Positions 12,862-26,782 are shown, numbered from the whole stretch's first letter. The stretch: DNA of 63,212 bases, filler included, from Sphacelaria rigidula (GCA_964200075.2; 8 parts of 8 records of this genome joined end to end with filler, not necessarily neighbours in it); one strand, 5' to 3'. Notes: generated by a model from the letters alone, not told the origin. Numbers and translations: made by a program.

Positions 12862-13311
12862 ATGATCCTGTCACAAGGCGACCCAGGACAGCAACAAAGC
12901 TACCGTCGGCCGCTCACGACTGTTCGGCAACAGTCAGCACCCATGAACAGCAGCACATCATCCATGAGCTGTGGCGCCGCCGCTGCCGCCGCACCAGCGG
13001 CGATCCCCTTGGCCCCGCCCACCGGTCAATGCCTGCCCAACCACCCGCTCACCTTCCCTCCACCGAATATTACTCCCGGACGCCGCACCTTACTACGCAG
13101 AAGCGGCACCGGTGGCGAAGGGGGGCAGGGTGAGGGTGCCGTGTTCACTCTTGATTCGGTGGCAAGTGGCCGTAGATTCGCCGCCGTCAAGTCCATGAGG
13201 GATTGTCAATTCGGGGAGGTGTGGCAGGCTGTGGAGATGGTGTCGGTCATGACTGCCGGAGGTAGTTCGGAGTGGGTACCGGCGGCTGGGACACGGTATT
13301 TCGCCATCAAG
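12862..13311 (+). CDS. Ser/Thr protein kinase (CAMK-like), exon 1
   Basis: Low-complexity N-terminus, then subdomains I-II (RDCQFGEVWQA...YFAIK). Phase-0 donor AAG|GTCAGT. 450 nt; the start codon is uncertain. Confidence 0.85.
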
Positions 13312-14417
13312 GTCAGTCCGTTTCGTGGTCCATCTCGCATGTGTCACCTACCGCTGTGCTGTACTATCCTGCGTACTGTTGACATCTAGATCGTCGTTGG
13401 TACGGTTTTTGTGGCAACTGCAACTGTCCGTCGTTGCGAATTTGCGCGAATATCTTGGCTGTTGTACAATGGTCCGCAAAGCGCAGCTTTTGACAAATTT
13501 GAACACCCTGCGTCCTGTGCGGTCTCCTTTATTCATCGTGTGTTGTCGTGTTATCCCTCTGCGAGCGACAAGTGCAAACTGTTTCTCGCGTTGTCGACTG
13601 TCTCTCTCGTAGAACACAGTGCGTCACCTTGATGCGGCTGGTTCTTCGCTTTGATGAGCATGGACTGTGGCCGCTCGAGTTGGCTATACTGTACTACTGT
13701 AGCACATTGTGGCTGTGGTGCTGGGTATAAATCAATGTTGATGTCATCCCCACTCTTTTTTCACACCCTAGACATTAAACGAAATAGCGTGCGACATCGC
13801 TGACTATATTTGCTGAAAAGTTGATGCCTGCTAAAAGAAGACGATGGTTGTCCCCCAGCGATCTTCGGCCCTCCTCGGCCGGTTGTGTAAATGGTAGTCA
13901 GCTCTGCCGTTGACTGGTAGCCCGTACTCTTCGTGGCAGGCCAAGGGTTTCGGTCAAGTCAAAGATCATGAACAACGAACTCGCATGCGAAACAGTACAG
14001 TATGAGGGGCTCTGTCGCAGTCTGGGTACTTCTCCCTGGGTGTGCCTCCACGTGTTTTTGTCCGAAACTCATCATCGTGACTCACACAGTAATATGTCGT
14101 ATCTGGTTCACCGTATAGTGCAGTGAGTGCAGGAAGTGCAACGAAGTAATACCGTTGGTATGGTGTAACAGCACCGTAGCACCGCTTCCCTCCTAGGGGA
14201 GACTATCCAGACAAGTACGCCGAAATCCCGATCGACGGCATCGGTACGGATAGCATAGGGCAATCGTCAGGCTCCGTTGTAACCAATGGCATGCAATGGA
14301 CCTTCCGAGTTCAGCACATGTGTTCTTCGTGGGCTCAGCATATCCGTTTTGGCCTTGCCGTCCCTCCCCCCTACTTTTTGTGTCCCCCCTTGCACTCTTG
14401 TCCGGCGTCCACTACAG

Positions 14418-14540
14418 GAACTACGAATTGAGAAGATGATCGAGATGCGGGGACGTAGCCACGAAGATCCTCTGCAGGAAGTAGCCGCCCTCCAGTACCT
14501 CTCACAACAGGGGCACGCTAACGTACTACAGTGCACAGAG
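14418..14540 (+). CDS. Ser/Thr protein kinase, exon 2
   Basis: Pyrimidine tract + CAG acceptor. ELRIEKMIEMRGRSHEDPLQEVAALQYLSQQGHANVLQCTE contains the alphaC Glu and HxNV. Donor GAG|GTGATT; phase 0 to 0. Confidence 0.92.
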
Positions 14541-15258
14541 GTGATTTTGGCGTTCAAAAGTACGTACGTTTGCTATACATGAGCGTAGTGGCAGGATTGC
14601 CTTCCTTGGATACGGAACAGCATCCCGGTAGAACAAATACGGATGCACTTGTTAACTATACGAGTATAATAACACAAATGTAGAAATTAATACTTTGTAA
14701 GGTGAACGGCATCGATTCAACAGATCTGTTTTTTTTTCAATCACTCCTCCGCTAGACGACCCGCTCCTTGGAGTGCAGCAGTTGGATACTAGGAGCGGTG
14801 GTGTGCACAGAACAATCGGACGTGGAGTCTAGAGCAGCGCTAGGCTGACATTCTGAGTGTATTTTAGCACCGTTAATTACTCTTCATACAAGCTAGTTGG
14901 CTTATTACAAAAATAAGACGTTTTCTGCCTGGCGGTAATATTATATACTGCTGATTCACAAGTGGACGGCTGAAGGTATAGCATGGAAGTGGAACTATCA
15001 TGTACTGTACGTCTGTATGTATCGGCCTGGGTACCACAGAAACAGACGCGGCCGATTTTTTCGGGGACAGTACAATACTACAACGAAATCACATGTCCGA
15101 GTTTCAACAGCTGTGAGCTTGGCTTGAGCGTCCAAGCATGACGTGTCACTGTCATTAGGCAACAACGATCCAGTGGCATTCAAGAATAATGACGGTGGAA
15201 GAAGCCTGAGAGGTGTGTTTTCATTTATGTTCCGTTTGCAACGTCCTCTCTCGAGCAG

Positions 15259-15428
15259 GTCTTACGAGACAACAGGAGGATGTACATCATCACACCGTTC
15301 TGCAGCGGAGGCGAAGTGTTTGACATCGTGGCTGACAACGGACGTTTCGAGGAGGCAGAAGCTCGATCGCTCTTCCGACAGGCATTAAACGGTCTGCTCT
15401 TCCTCAAGCAGCATGGCGTATGCCACAG
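15259..15428 (+). CDS. Ser/Thr protein kinase, exon 3 (gene runs off the contig)
   Basis: VLRDNRRMYIITPFCSGGEVFDIVADNGRFEEAEARSLFRQALNGLLFLKQHGVCHR, up to the HRD motif. CAG acceptor; donor AG|GTGCGT. Confidence 0.93.
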
Positions 15429-18400
15429 GTGCGTTTCGAGCAACGATCGTTGGCGATACGACGCTCTTGACTTTTTTTTTTGAGTCGTAGCCTTACTGCA
15501 ACCACCTGTGTCCCGAGATCCATCACTTGTGGTGACGGGATGTGGGTGTCCCGTGTGTCCTGAAGAATACAGTGTTGTCATCTAGTATTGCTGAGCTACA
15601 CCACGCTTGTTTCTCAACCAAGAAAAATACGCGTTCCCCATCTCTGACCACGCTCAACAGTGTTTTCGTGAGAACGAGAGTAGATGATACGATTGAGAGT
15701 GGCTTTGATCATTCGCTTTAAGTGAGTCATNNNNNNNNNNNNNNNNNNNNNNNNNNNNNNNNNNNNNNNNNNNNTTAATTAATTAANNNNNNNNNNNNNN
15801 NNNNNNNNNNNNNNNNNNNNNNNNNNNNNNCCCCCCCCCCCCCTCCTCCCCTCCCCTCCTGGCACATAAAAATGAGCCTGCAGGGGCCGCCACGTAGAGG
15901 GCTTTCCATTACTAAACGAAATGACTGACACCTCCGACACTGTTAGTAACACTTTAAATAGTGTGGAAAGCGTTGAAAGTGTCGGCTACACTGTCGAAAT
16001 CTCGTGAGCGTAGCGACAGTGTCGGAGTTGGGCGAGGTGGTGTGAATTTTAGTAGGGGCCTGTCGCCCACATCACGGTGCTGTCGCCGACACCTCAGACA
16101 CATCGCGACAATTTGAAGCGGTCTGTGGCATTGTCGGCGCCGTCACCGACACACGCCGACATGTAATGTCTGCCGACACCTTTAACTGTATCACCACGAG
16201 CGCCGTCTGTTCCCAGGGTGTCGACGGCAGTTCGTAAGTTTTGGCAACACTGTTGACTTCATCTTGCCGGGGGACACTGCACGGATTCCGGATTCCGGTA
16301 CACTGCAGATAGCAGAACACGTTGCCTTCATTCACGTACACCATACTGCGCTCTGCCAGTGCAAGTAGCGTAGACCCCGTACCCGAGGGTTTGTGGCGTA
16401 CGTTGGCTTGGGTCAGAGGGTAGGGTTAGGGGTAGTGTTGGGTTTCATTACGTGGGCCAGTTTCCAGGAAATATGCCCATCATTACGATGGTAAAGTGTC
16501 CTACATATTCTACACCATTCGGGATGTAAGCCGGAATGTTGTAGCGCATGTTGTTGGACCTCTCCTCTTCGATGCCGGCTATACAGTTGGAGCTTTCGAC
16601 GACAGTTCATAACGACGGCCACACGTCCGGCGTTGTCGCGCCTAGGACGCTGTCTGCCGCATACGCCACACGGTTGGTGCACATCGCAATAATGATCCAT
16701 ATATGTGTCGAGTAATTGGACAGCACGCTACCGCGGCAACAAACATGAACTGAGAACTGGGCCATATACAGTTCCGCACGTGTTGCGACAGCGTATATAG
16801 ATTGGTACAATAACACGACAATCGTGGGGGAAAATGAGGGCCATAACGAAAAAAAAACGTGGAGGAAGAAAGAAGAGAAACGCGGAGAAAAAATGAACAC
16901 GTCATCAGCTGTTCCGAGCTGTCCCGAATAGGACACACAAACGTCCCTAATCAACCTGATTCTAGTATACAACTGCAGCACTTTCATAGCGTCTTTCTCG
17001 GCACGGGAAGCAGCCAACCTGTGGCACTTTACAGCCCCCCGCACACACACATACAAGAGCAAAGAGATAATGAAATATATTTGTTCAGATCGCCACAGCG
17101 AACTCCACAAGCCCTCAAAAGAGCAAAAAATAGCCTTGTCAAGTACATTTTGGTTTGGTGCAGCGTTTGTGGAACCCGTCAAGGAAATCTATTTCATGGT
17201 TCCCTAGTTTGGGCGTGTGGCAAGCGCACGCAAGAAACCGCAGTCCAATCTTCTGCTTGATTGCCGAGAAATCCGCGTTGAAAGATCGACACTTTTTGGT
17301 CTGGGACCAGCGTCATCTTGGCGGTACTATGGTAATAGTATGTCATGGAAACGTTTCCTGGTGCTGCTGTGATGTGTGGTGGCCACTATCATACTATTGC
17401 TGCTGCTCGTATTATTGTCTCGTGATGTTCGCAAGCGTGGTGGACGTGGTGTGGTAGCTCGTGGGCGTGTGCTTCTCGAGTGCTATAGCAGCAAACGGCA
17501 GCGGTACACTTGTGCAACAGCAAATGCACAACAGCAGGAGCAGCACCTGGTATCCTCCTGTTGTACTGCCCCTGTGTACAGATGTACAGCAACGTTAGTC
17601 ACAGGCTTGTTATAAAAATGTACCAGTATCGTAAGACAATTTATATGAGCGAGGTCGGTATTTATTTTGATGTGACGCGTGTACTTGAGATGGATACTGA
17701 TTGTCTCGTTTAGGCTTCATTTCTTCTGTAGACAGGTGACGACACACACTTTCCCCAAATATAGTGCTCAAAACCGGCCCTCATCCCCCTCCCCCCCCCA
17801 TAACAGTAACTCGCGTGCCGTGGCAATATTCCTGTGTCATGGCCCTAGCTGCTTGCATATTGTTGATCCGTTTCTTCTACATGCGCCTTCTTTCTCAGCG
17901 ACAAAAGAGCCTACTTCACATGATGCAGTTCAATCGGTTTGAGCTTTCGTTTGCATTTTTGTTTGGTTTTACACACAGCACGCGCTAGAGTTTTGTGCAT
18001 GGAAACACCATGCTCGACCCTCGCGCGTTCACGCCACATTACTCGGCCGCTCGTGTATCGTGCCTGGGTCGGTGCTAGCTTTGGCCATCTTCTCACAACC
18101 CTCTCTGATACTGTACTGCACCACCTTTGCTGGCGTTCCTCTGTCGTGGCGTCTTGTTACCATTTCATCCGTCTCCAGGTCCAACGACAAATGAACAGCA
18201 GGCGAAGGGTTCGCACATATTTGTACAAGCAGTTGAATCTGCGATTATTCTACAAGAGCTTGCAAACAGCGTCGGATGGAAGCGGGAAGGGCAGAGACTC
18301 GGTGAAAAACAAATGAGTGTCGGAAACAGCACGCAGTGGGGGTGCCTTTAGAAGCTAGAGGGCAGACAGTATATACCAGGCCGCTGTTACATCGGAGAAC

Positions 18401-20573
18401 TATCTGCTGTAAGGCATCCTGCTCACGGGGGTGGTCCGCTGTTGTGTATCACCCAGGCTGTACTGATATGCTGCTTCGTGTGCGTCGGCTTTGAAGTGAC
18501 GGGAAGTTAACGGTGATCATGGAATTGTAGCGGAGGTAGGTTTTTGCGGTCGTGGGTGCTGGCGGTAGCTCAGCCGTTGTTCGCTTCGACACTTTTAATC
18601 ACGCGGTCAGTTTTGTACACTGCGCGGTCAATTTTGTACAACGTCTTCTGTGAAAATGTGTGCGTTAGCCAACAATGCAGTAGGCGTGGTACACGACAAA
18701 CAGTAACAGGTTTAGCTTGTGATTGTTGTTTCAGAGTGTTGCTGTGGTGGTGGTGGGAACTGAGGTATGATCCACGCGTTTGGTACAAATTTATTATGTA
18801 AATATGGTCGCCGCGCCCCAGGGGTGGAACTGGCACATCAACACTGTTGTAGTTCGTGGCGGATTTTGTGGGGTTCGAATCCCGACAGTAGTTTTTTGTT
18901 TCTACTTTCCGTCGTCCGAGAAAGTTGGAACGGACGAAACATGGTGGAAACATTGGAATATGATGGAAACCGACGAGCTGTGGCAAGGCTGGAGCAATGT
19001 TGATAATGAGATGAACGGTAAAAGTTCTGCGGGAGTGATTTGCATCGCTTCTTGGAGACTATGCACTCGTCCTGAGGATGGACCGGGAGAGTTACAGGCA
19101 CAGAGAATCGATTGGAAGAGACTAGGTTTCTCAAAGGCACTAACTGACAGCATGCAACATATGTTTTCCCGTTCTCCTTTCAGGGCTTCTGGGATCGTCT
19201 TGGGACGCAAGCTTTCAAGCCAACGGAATATCTAGCCCGTCGCAGCACGTGGTCCTTCATACACACATACCTGGTGATGTGTCAGCTGTAAAAATATTTG
19301 TGTTCACCATGAGAGCACTCACGCTCATCGGAAGTCTATTCGTTTGTGAGTAATAACAATTGTTCACACCTTCGACAAAATATTATATGGTCAATAATTG
19401 CAATAGACAAGAAAAGTACTGCATAAAGTATAGGCCTATTGCGACTATTGTCGGTCGGCAATAGTTGTAGTAGGCCTACACTTTATGCAGGATACTTCTC
19501 TTCTATTGCATCTACTGACCATATATATTGTCCAGGATGTGCAATTATTTCAGATAGATTGCACGGTGTCCAGGGCTCTTCCAATTTCAATATATTTCGG
19601 TGATTATGATATGACGTTGCGGTCCCGGATTTCGGCGGTGAAACCGGAATGGTCTCGGCTGGGCCCTTCTACTCTGAAGTGAAAAGTTCTGCCCGTGACT
19701 TGTGTAATTTACTCGTGGCATCTACCTTCTACGGCTCGGACGAATCATCGCCGATTCGAATCACGAAATCCACGATTTCGCAGGCCTGATTGCTCGAAAG
19801 AGAGAAGAAGGTCGACCGCTGGTCAAACAGATCTCCACGCAACTTTTGTGCCGTTCCACGTGCCTGGGCTACGCGTACCTGGGTTGTAACGCTGACAACA
19901 AAGCCTAAGGATTGGTTCGTAGGGTACGAATCAATTACACTAAAAATCGATGATTTTCGTGTTTTTTCGTCAACCCCTGCTATCTTTGTACGGTAGGTAG
20001 TGGAGGGGCTGGTGGACTCGTTTCAGTACCGAAACGCCCTGGTATTTATCATAATGTAAATGCTTCATCTTGTGTCTCGTTCGAATCACTGCCTGTACTG
20101 CAGTATGCTTGCGTCCTTGCATTCCTTGACAAAAACTGCGCTTCCCGCGCCTCGTACACAGTTCATGATAACCAAAGCATGTCGATGGCGTATATATAAT
20201 GCATACAGTATCCGTTTTCGAACTGGTACGGTATATAACGACCGAATCGCTAGCATCTCTTCTGGGTGTTTTCGAATAAGGCGTGATGAAACATGAGGAG
20301 CACTACCGTGACGGGCGGCCACAGGGAGGTACAGCGCTTCGATGCACAAGCGCGCTGGCACGATGTCGACGACGCGGAAGACGCTTGCGCGCGTGCTGCT
20401 CGAAAATAACGATCTCCGCGTGTATAATTTAATGAAATGATAATCATTTCGTGATAGTGATAATGAAGTGACGGTTCACAACTTCATTATCACGAGAAAT
20501 CACGCGCCATTCTAATCGAGTATGCTAGGGTGGGAAACAAGTGATACAATGACGGTAAAACAGCACGCGAACA

Positions 20574-20880
20574 GACCAGCGACTTCAGGGAGGGCGGCAA
20601 TCACGCGCAAGGGGGTATGGGTATTGTCGTAAGTCGAAACGCGGACCGCCTTTCGCCCGAGAAGGAGAAGAAGCATCAGCAGCAGTATCAGCAGCATCTT
20701 TACTGCCAGTAGATGTACACGGCTGGTGGTGGGTCTAAATCAGCCAGTGCCGACACTGCTGCTGCTGCTGCTGCCGCTGCTGCTGCCGTTTTTCCTCATG
20801 GGAGACGGTCCGCGTTTAAGTCGTGCTACAACGTCCACGCACCTTGCGCGTGATAGCCACCATGCCGGAAAGCGCTGGTC
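20574..20880. repeat. Foldback hairpin with CAG/CTG inner stem, copy 1
   Basis: 5' arm ACCAGCG...ATCACGCGCAAGG...AAACGCGGACCG...(CAG-rich) pairs with 3' arm (CTG)n...CGGTCCGCGTTT...CCTTGCGCGTGAT...CGCTGGT. Confidence 0.8.
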
Positions 20881-21166
20881 CGTACTGCCCGCTCATAAGT
20901 CAATGCTTTTTCACCAGGCTGATTGCTACGAGATATAGCTGTGCGCACCTCTTTGTGCGAGCTGTGCACATCGGGTGTGTCTCGCAAGCGTGGCTACTGC
21001 TGGTGATGACATTGAAAGAACAAAGCCAGCGTCCAATACAGGGGAAAACCAGTGATACGTACTCGTACTGAAATGCTGCAGTACAGTCTACTGATACAAT
21101 ATGAGGGTACACCACGCAAAGAGATCATAATCGATTTAAAGTGGAGAGGAGGAAATAACACACCAG

Positions 21167-21375
21167 GTGCATGGGTATTGTCGCACGTCGAAACGCGGAC
21201 CGCTTCCCGCACGAGAAGCAGCAGCAGCAGCAGCAGCAGCATTTTTATTGCCAGTAAATCTGTACAGTTGGGGATGGTTCTGAATCAGGCGGTGCCGGTG
21301 ATGCTGCTGCTGCTGCTGCTGCTGCTCTTGATCGTTAACGGTCCGCGTTTCGACCGTGCGACAACACCCACGCAC
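21167..21375. repeat. Foldback hairpin with CAG/CTG inner stem, copy 2
   Basis: GTGCATGGGTATTGTCGCACGTCGAAACGCGGACCG pairs almost perfectly with CGGTCCGCGTTTCGACCGTGCGACAACACCCACGCAC. (CAG)~8 faces (CTG)~8 across a ~60-nt loop. Confidence 0.85.
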
Positions 21376-24093
21376 GTTACGAGTGATGGCGACTGTGCTG
21401 TACAGCGCTGGTACGTACTCACCGCCGATGGGTCCATGCTTGCTTACTCGGCGAGGTTCTGGCAGATATAGGTGTGCGCATCTCTCTGTGGGAGCTGTAC
21501 ACGTGGAGTGTGTTTACCACGCGTGGCTATTGCTGGTGATGACGCTGAACCCAGCGTGACTACTGCTAGTGATGGGATCCCAACTGTCTGTCCCATGAAC
21601 AGCCCAACAGCCCACGCTTCGCAACCACGTGACGCTGCTCTTCGCATTCTCACGCGGATGTCCCTCCCCTCTCACGAAAATTAGTTCCCAAAAGATTAAT
21701 TTTCGTGAAAGTGATTTTGGGGGAGGTGATAATGTGGCAGCAACTCACGACCAATTGGAATAATGAAAAAACAAAAAAGTCCCCACCCGCCACAATCACT
21801 GTCACTATCGCGTCGCGTTCCCACATTTTTGGACTCGAAAATACGGGCCCTAATGCAAGGCCTGGTACATCTCAACTTGTTATGTGGCGCAGAGTCTGGT
21901 ATGTTACTCGATGATATCGAGAAGAAATCCGTAACATCTGGGCGAACTGAACGTGAGGCGCAATCGCCGAAATGTTCACCTGCAAACTCTGCTCGAGTGC
22001 CCCGTAAGTTGACATCGCTAGAAGGACACTGTCATACCCACCTTGCCGGCTGCCAGGCTGTCACAGACTCCCAGGACGCAGGATCCTCTAGCGTTGCTAT
22101 TGTCCGTACGGGGGTGTTGCCCCCTTGTCAGGTACGTTTTGGAGCATGATACTAGATGAAGATCATCTTTCCTTGTACATGGCCATCAAACGCTGGGGGT
22201 TTTCACTCAAGACTTCGATTTGGAGGATCATACTAGGTGGACAGCGGCAACTGCTATGTGTCCAGGTGCACCTTGGAGCAGGATATGTTTGGTGTCCGTT
22301 TGACGAAGTTATCCCCAAAAACCTGAAATCGATAAGGGTGTTAGACTGGAAAAATCTAGCAAAAAAACTATCTCGAGATTCCGATCGCAAGGATCCGATC
22401 GCAAGAATCACGACGCAAGAATCCCGACGCAATAACGGAGTCGCAAAAAACCTCTTCGTCGAATTTTCACCCGCAATGGAAACCAACTTCACTTTGTGAA
22501 ATTGGATGGAAAGCCATCATCACACAAGGATCAATCTCAATCGCTGTAGACGTATTCGCAACTCGATTTTTTTTCTTTTTGACACGCCGGTGCTACGAGC
22601 TGGACCAGCCATATCTTATTAACACAGAAGAGTTGGGCTGCGATCTGCATGTCTTATTAATCTTCTTATCAAGGGGAACATGCCCATCTGCTCGAAAACC
22701 TGGACTATTTTTCTCTCGTTGATTAAATGCCATGTCGAGCAATTCCTGTACCGTACAGAGAGGTAGATTCACAGTATAATAGAGTGTATTTGAAACCCCA
22801 AACGATATATACGGCGGATGATGGCGATTCCGATGTTGACCATCACTGGAGCACGGGGAAAATGACGATTCCCTCACCTTTACCTAATACGTCAGAGACC
22901 GCGCACATGAAATACTGCTGTACTATCAATAAACTCAATGTCACTTGCAGGGGCATCAAATGCATGAAATCTGAATTTCTCGTCTCGAATACGCGTGTTG
23001 TGTCAAGGTTCTGTCGATAAACTATTTCAGGACACGTGGGTCCCAAGATAAAAAAATCGAGTTTTTGGGAGGGGGGGGGACCCAGCCTGCTGTCCTCTAG
23101 TTTATCGCCGAGGCGTTAGCGGATGCGGTCAGTTGCCGTGTACAGAGATCCTTGGCATGGAGACCGCTGAGATGACGGACACACCGCCCCTCCAAGCTCA
23201 TCGCCTACCATGATTACATTAATGGGATCATGTTCCGTGTCGTGCGTCTCGACTACTCACCACTATTAATAGTCCGGGCAAATTCGGTGAGGCGTGAGAT
23301 AATGTTGCTACTTTGGCCACAGCTTGTCGCTACCGTGCGCCCGTGTATTATTGCACATAGATGTGTGTGAGCGTTGCCGGCATCCGAGGTCGTCGGGACA
23401 GGGCGGGAAAGGAGCAGAAGCATATATGCGAAACTCGCAACGCCCGCCAGTTCGGTTTTTGTCAGTATTTATGATCATTTTTTCACAACAATACTGCATG
23501 AAAAAAAACATCATGACAGTTTTCGAAAAATCACCCTTCGGCAGGGAGGGGGGGGGGGGGGGGGGGGGGTTTCCTTTTTTTTTTTTTTTTTTTTGCTTTA
23601 TGTTTTTTTACATTGAACATTTACCACCGTTCCCTTTCGAGGGGGNNNNNNNNNNNNNNNNNNNNNNNNNNNNNNNNNNNNNNNNNNNNTTAATTAATTA
23701 ANNNNNNNNNNNNNNNNNNNNNNNNNNNNNNNNNNNNNNNNNNNNGTACGCCCCCCCCGCCCCCCCGCGCGCAGTGCATTAGACAGTAGGGAGAAAACGA
23801 TGGCTGTACGAGTACTAGGAGTACTAGGAGATAGATGGTGGCCACAGACGGTGAAACAAGACCGAGATAAGATATGTGAAAGGTTTTTGTGTAATGTATG
23901 GAAAAAGAAGTAATGAGCGCCGGGATGTTGGAGGTGTCTCTAGCAGGAGTAGGAACGGTGCTCCGTTTCGACAGGGATGCGTGATCAATGGTCAAACGAC
24001 TAAGGCGAGCAACAAATGAGTACGCCCCCCCTCCCCCCCGCCCCCCCGCGTGCGCGCCCTCCCGCCGTCCTGTCTCCCACCCACTGTACCCAG

Positions 24094-24296
24094 GTAGACG
24101 ACGGCATCAGCATCGAGCGTTTACCTCAAGGTGCCGGGGAAAGGATATGGATCCATATCGCGGACGTGTCTCGATGGGTGACAGAGGGGAGTGCCATGTA
24201 CCGCGAGGCCCGGCGGCGGCGAACGACCACGTATCTGCCCGAGGGGTCTATGCCCATGTTCCCTCCGGAAGTTGCTCACGGCGTGTTTTCGCTGCG
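24094..24296 (+). CDS. RNase II/RNase R family (RNB domain) 3'-5' exoribonuclease, internal exon A
   Basis: VDDGISIE...IWIHIADVSRWV...EARRRRTTTYLPEGSMPMFP...FSL matches RNB motifs (DDA.S, HIADV, R.TS.YLP..PM.P). CAG acceptor; donor CG|GTAAGT (phase 2). Confidence 0.95.
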
Positions 24297-25493
24297 GTAA
24301 GTGAATGAAAAGCGACGCACAGGAGGCTGTAGTAGGGTTCTGTGTATAAAGTATCCCTTTACGAAGTACAGGTCCTATACGTGAAAAGGGTAGATGGTTT
24401 TGTAGCCCCCCTCCCATTGCGAAAATCATATCAGTTATGAGTAGGCGTTCTCCACGTCACCTCCCTGGAGTATCGACAGTTAAAAGCACTGATTGATTGT
24501 TTCATATTAGCTGATCCGCTACGAGTTGACCAGTCATATGAGACCTACCCAAGGGAGGTGAAGGGAAACACTCGCTTAAAGGAGAGTCGAGCAAGGGCAA
24601 AGAGGGAATATAACGCAGCGAGCAGACACAGCAGCCCGAAGACGAGGATGATACAAAAGCCGCTCGAAACATGTCGTATTTGAGGTACTCACTTGCCTCC
24701 GCGTGGTATGATGTACCTCTTCTAGTACCTTTTTTCATACGAAACAAATTGAAAGCGTACTGACCCCTTGCACTGAAGATCTCTGGTCCAAGGAGCAAGG
24801 CCAGATTGTGGTGTCCACGCCCTCTCTTTTTTGAAGCAGCCTTCTTGTTCGCCAGTCGTTGACCCGGAATCGAAGACGATTCGACGTCGGAGCGCACATA
24901 CACCGCAAATGATATTTAAAGACATGCTCCACCTTTGCTGTCGTCTGGGCTGTTCCTTCTTGCGCTCATGCCATAACCCCTGACAAGCAGCATATCAAAA
25001 GTGTGCTTGCTAACCGTGCTGGAGGTCGATTTCTACATGGTTTGCGACGTGCAAGCTGCAGCGGACGGTATCTTTCTCGTGATGAATATCATGTCACGCG
25101 CAAAATCTCCCAAGCGAACTTGTGTATCCGTCTGGGGACGCTGCAGTTGCGGCATCTAGCCAAGGGCACACCGTAGAATACAAAATATTTCACCTGCATT
25201 CAGGGTATCAATCAATCCCCGCAGAAAGCACCCCCAATTAATGAGCTTTCGGCTCCCTTTTGGCGTTGTATCACTATTTGCAGTACTGCACCGCAGTGTA
25301 CACCCGTGGTATATTACCGTCACCCTACCCCTGAATGCCACGCCACGGTCATGAGTCTTCCAACCCAAAACATGCATCAGCGGGAGATCGCATGCATTAT
25401 CTCCTGCGGTAGGTGTACCTACGCCACCATCCGCCGTCTGCCCCCGCCCACGCCCTCTCTTGCGTTCCATGCGTCCTGATCATTATTTTTCAG

Positions 25494-25587
25494 CGCTGGA
25501 GAACGCTGCTACGGGTTGAGCATGGGAATCATGCTGGATGACAGTGGGGAGATCGTGGATGCGACGCTCACACCCTCCATCGTCAAG
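25494..25587 (+). CDS. RNB-domain exoribonuclease, exon B
   Basis: Phase 2 start matches exon A. AGERCYGLSMGIMLDDSGEIVDATLTPSIVK. TTTTTCAG acceptor; donor AAG|GTGAGT. Not in the ORF track. Confidence 0.92.
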
Positions 25588-26590
25588 GTGAGTTCGTTAC
25601 TTTTGTGTGTGCTTCGTGTGTGCGGTTTCTCGCGGGAGGGCGGAGAGGGTGGAGGTGTCGAAAATGCGTTCACTAGCACGAACGTGGTATGATCGGGAAT
25701 CGCCAGGGCTGTTTGCCGGTATCCCTATTGTCGATACATGAAACGGACACGATTTAGATCTTGTGGTATCGGTTTTTTGGCACAGATGCCGCCACTTTGC
25801 TGTTACTGACTATCGAAGCACGGCTGAGAGGTCATGATCCATAGTACGGTTGGGCGTGCGCCGTCGCCTGGTAGTACGAGACGCAACCATCGATACTACC
25901 GCGACAGCATCGCCATGTGACACACATGATGCTACAGATAGAAAAATCCACCGTGTGGATGTCTGACAAAGAACATGAAGTATACGTACATTTGGTGAGA
26001 GGGGGACTGACGAGCTCGCTTACCGCAGCCACGGCGTACCCCCTAGGAACGGGGACCTTTTGGCGTGCGGCTCGGTATGATGAATTGATGGTGCAAGAAC
26101 ACAGACAAGTCGCCGAGAAATAATGAAATTCAAATCATGCTGCAAGTATCATTGCAGTTATGTTTAGCAAGACGCCAATTAATCTTTGGTTCATTTCCGA
26201 AGAATGATTAATGTCAGCAAGTACACTTCTTTCATCGTGAAAGAGGCTCGAATGACAGCCACCCCGAAATCAGTTGTCTTGGTGGGGTTTACACTCCATA
26301 GTTTCCCTGTTTATCCGTGTCCGTACATTTTTTTTTGCCATTCTTTTGCCACTGTTTTTCTTCATTGATTTCAACCGTGAAATGATGAACATTTTAAATC
26401 GCGAGTAATACCGTAGTCGCCTCTGAACTCTTGATCAGCCGTTCGTTCCTTCGTTCGTTGCTTCATCCTTCTTATACACGCATTTGTTCTCGCAGGCCAC
26501 GTGTCGATTTGATCACCGATGACGTCAAATAGCGTTCTCTTGCTGGTTTCGTTTTCGACCTTGTATTCACTTCTCGCTCTGCGTGACTCA

Positions 26591-26782
26591 GACCGTGTAT
26601 TGGCGCATCATTTTTCGATCGAAAAAGTGCGGTGAGAAGCGAAAATTCCGATCTGATAGGTCGTGATTTCAACCAACTTGAAAATATAATTACCATGCTT
26701 GAAATCACGACCCATCAGGTGGAACTTTTCCTTTGCCTCCGCGCATTTTGGATGGAAAAAGATGATGTGCGAAGACACGCCC
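26591..26782. mobile_element. ~190-bp palindromic MITE, intronic copy in the RNB gene
   Basis: GACCGTGTATTGGCGCATCATTTTTCGATCG...GATGATGTGCGAAGACACGCCC. Same family as 9469-9661. Confidence 0.7.

Noticed and set aside
19571..19979. hAT-type MITE (CAGGGCT...AACCCCTG)
   Set aside because: The inverted match is very short and there is no 8-bp TSD.
21960..23020. Transposase or retroelement relic
   Set aside because: Only a vague resemblance; no ordered motif series that I can support.
23324..23995. ORFs ending in X...LIN or X...N
   Set aside because: They read into the artificial N/TTAATTAATTAA linker. The same applies to ORFs at 31337 and 47242 and to the end of ORF 54628.
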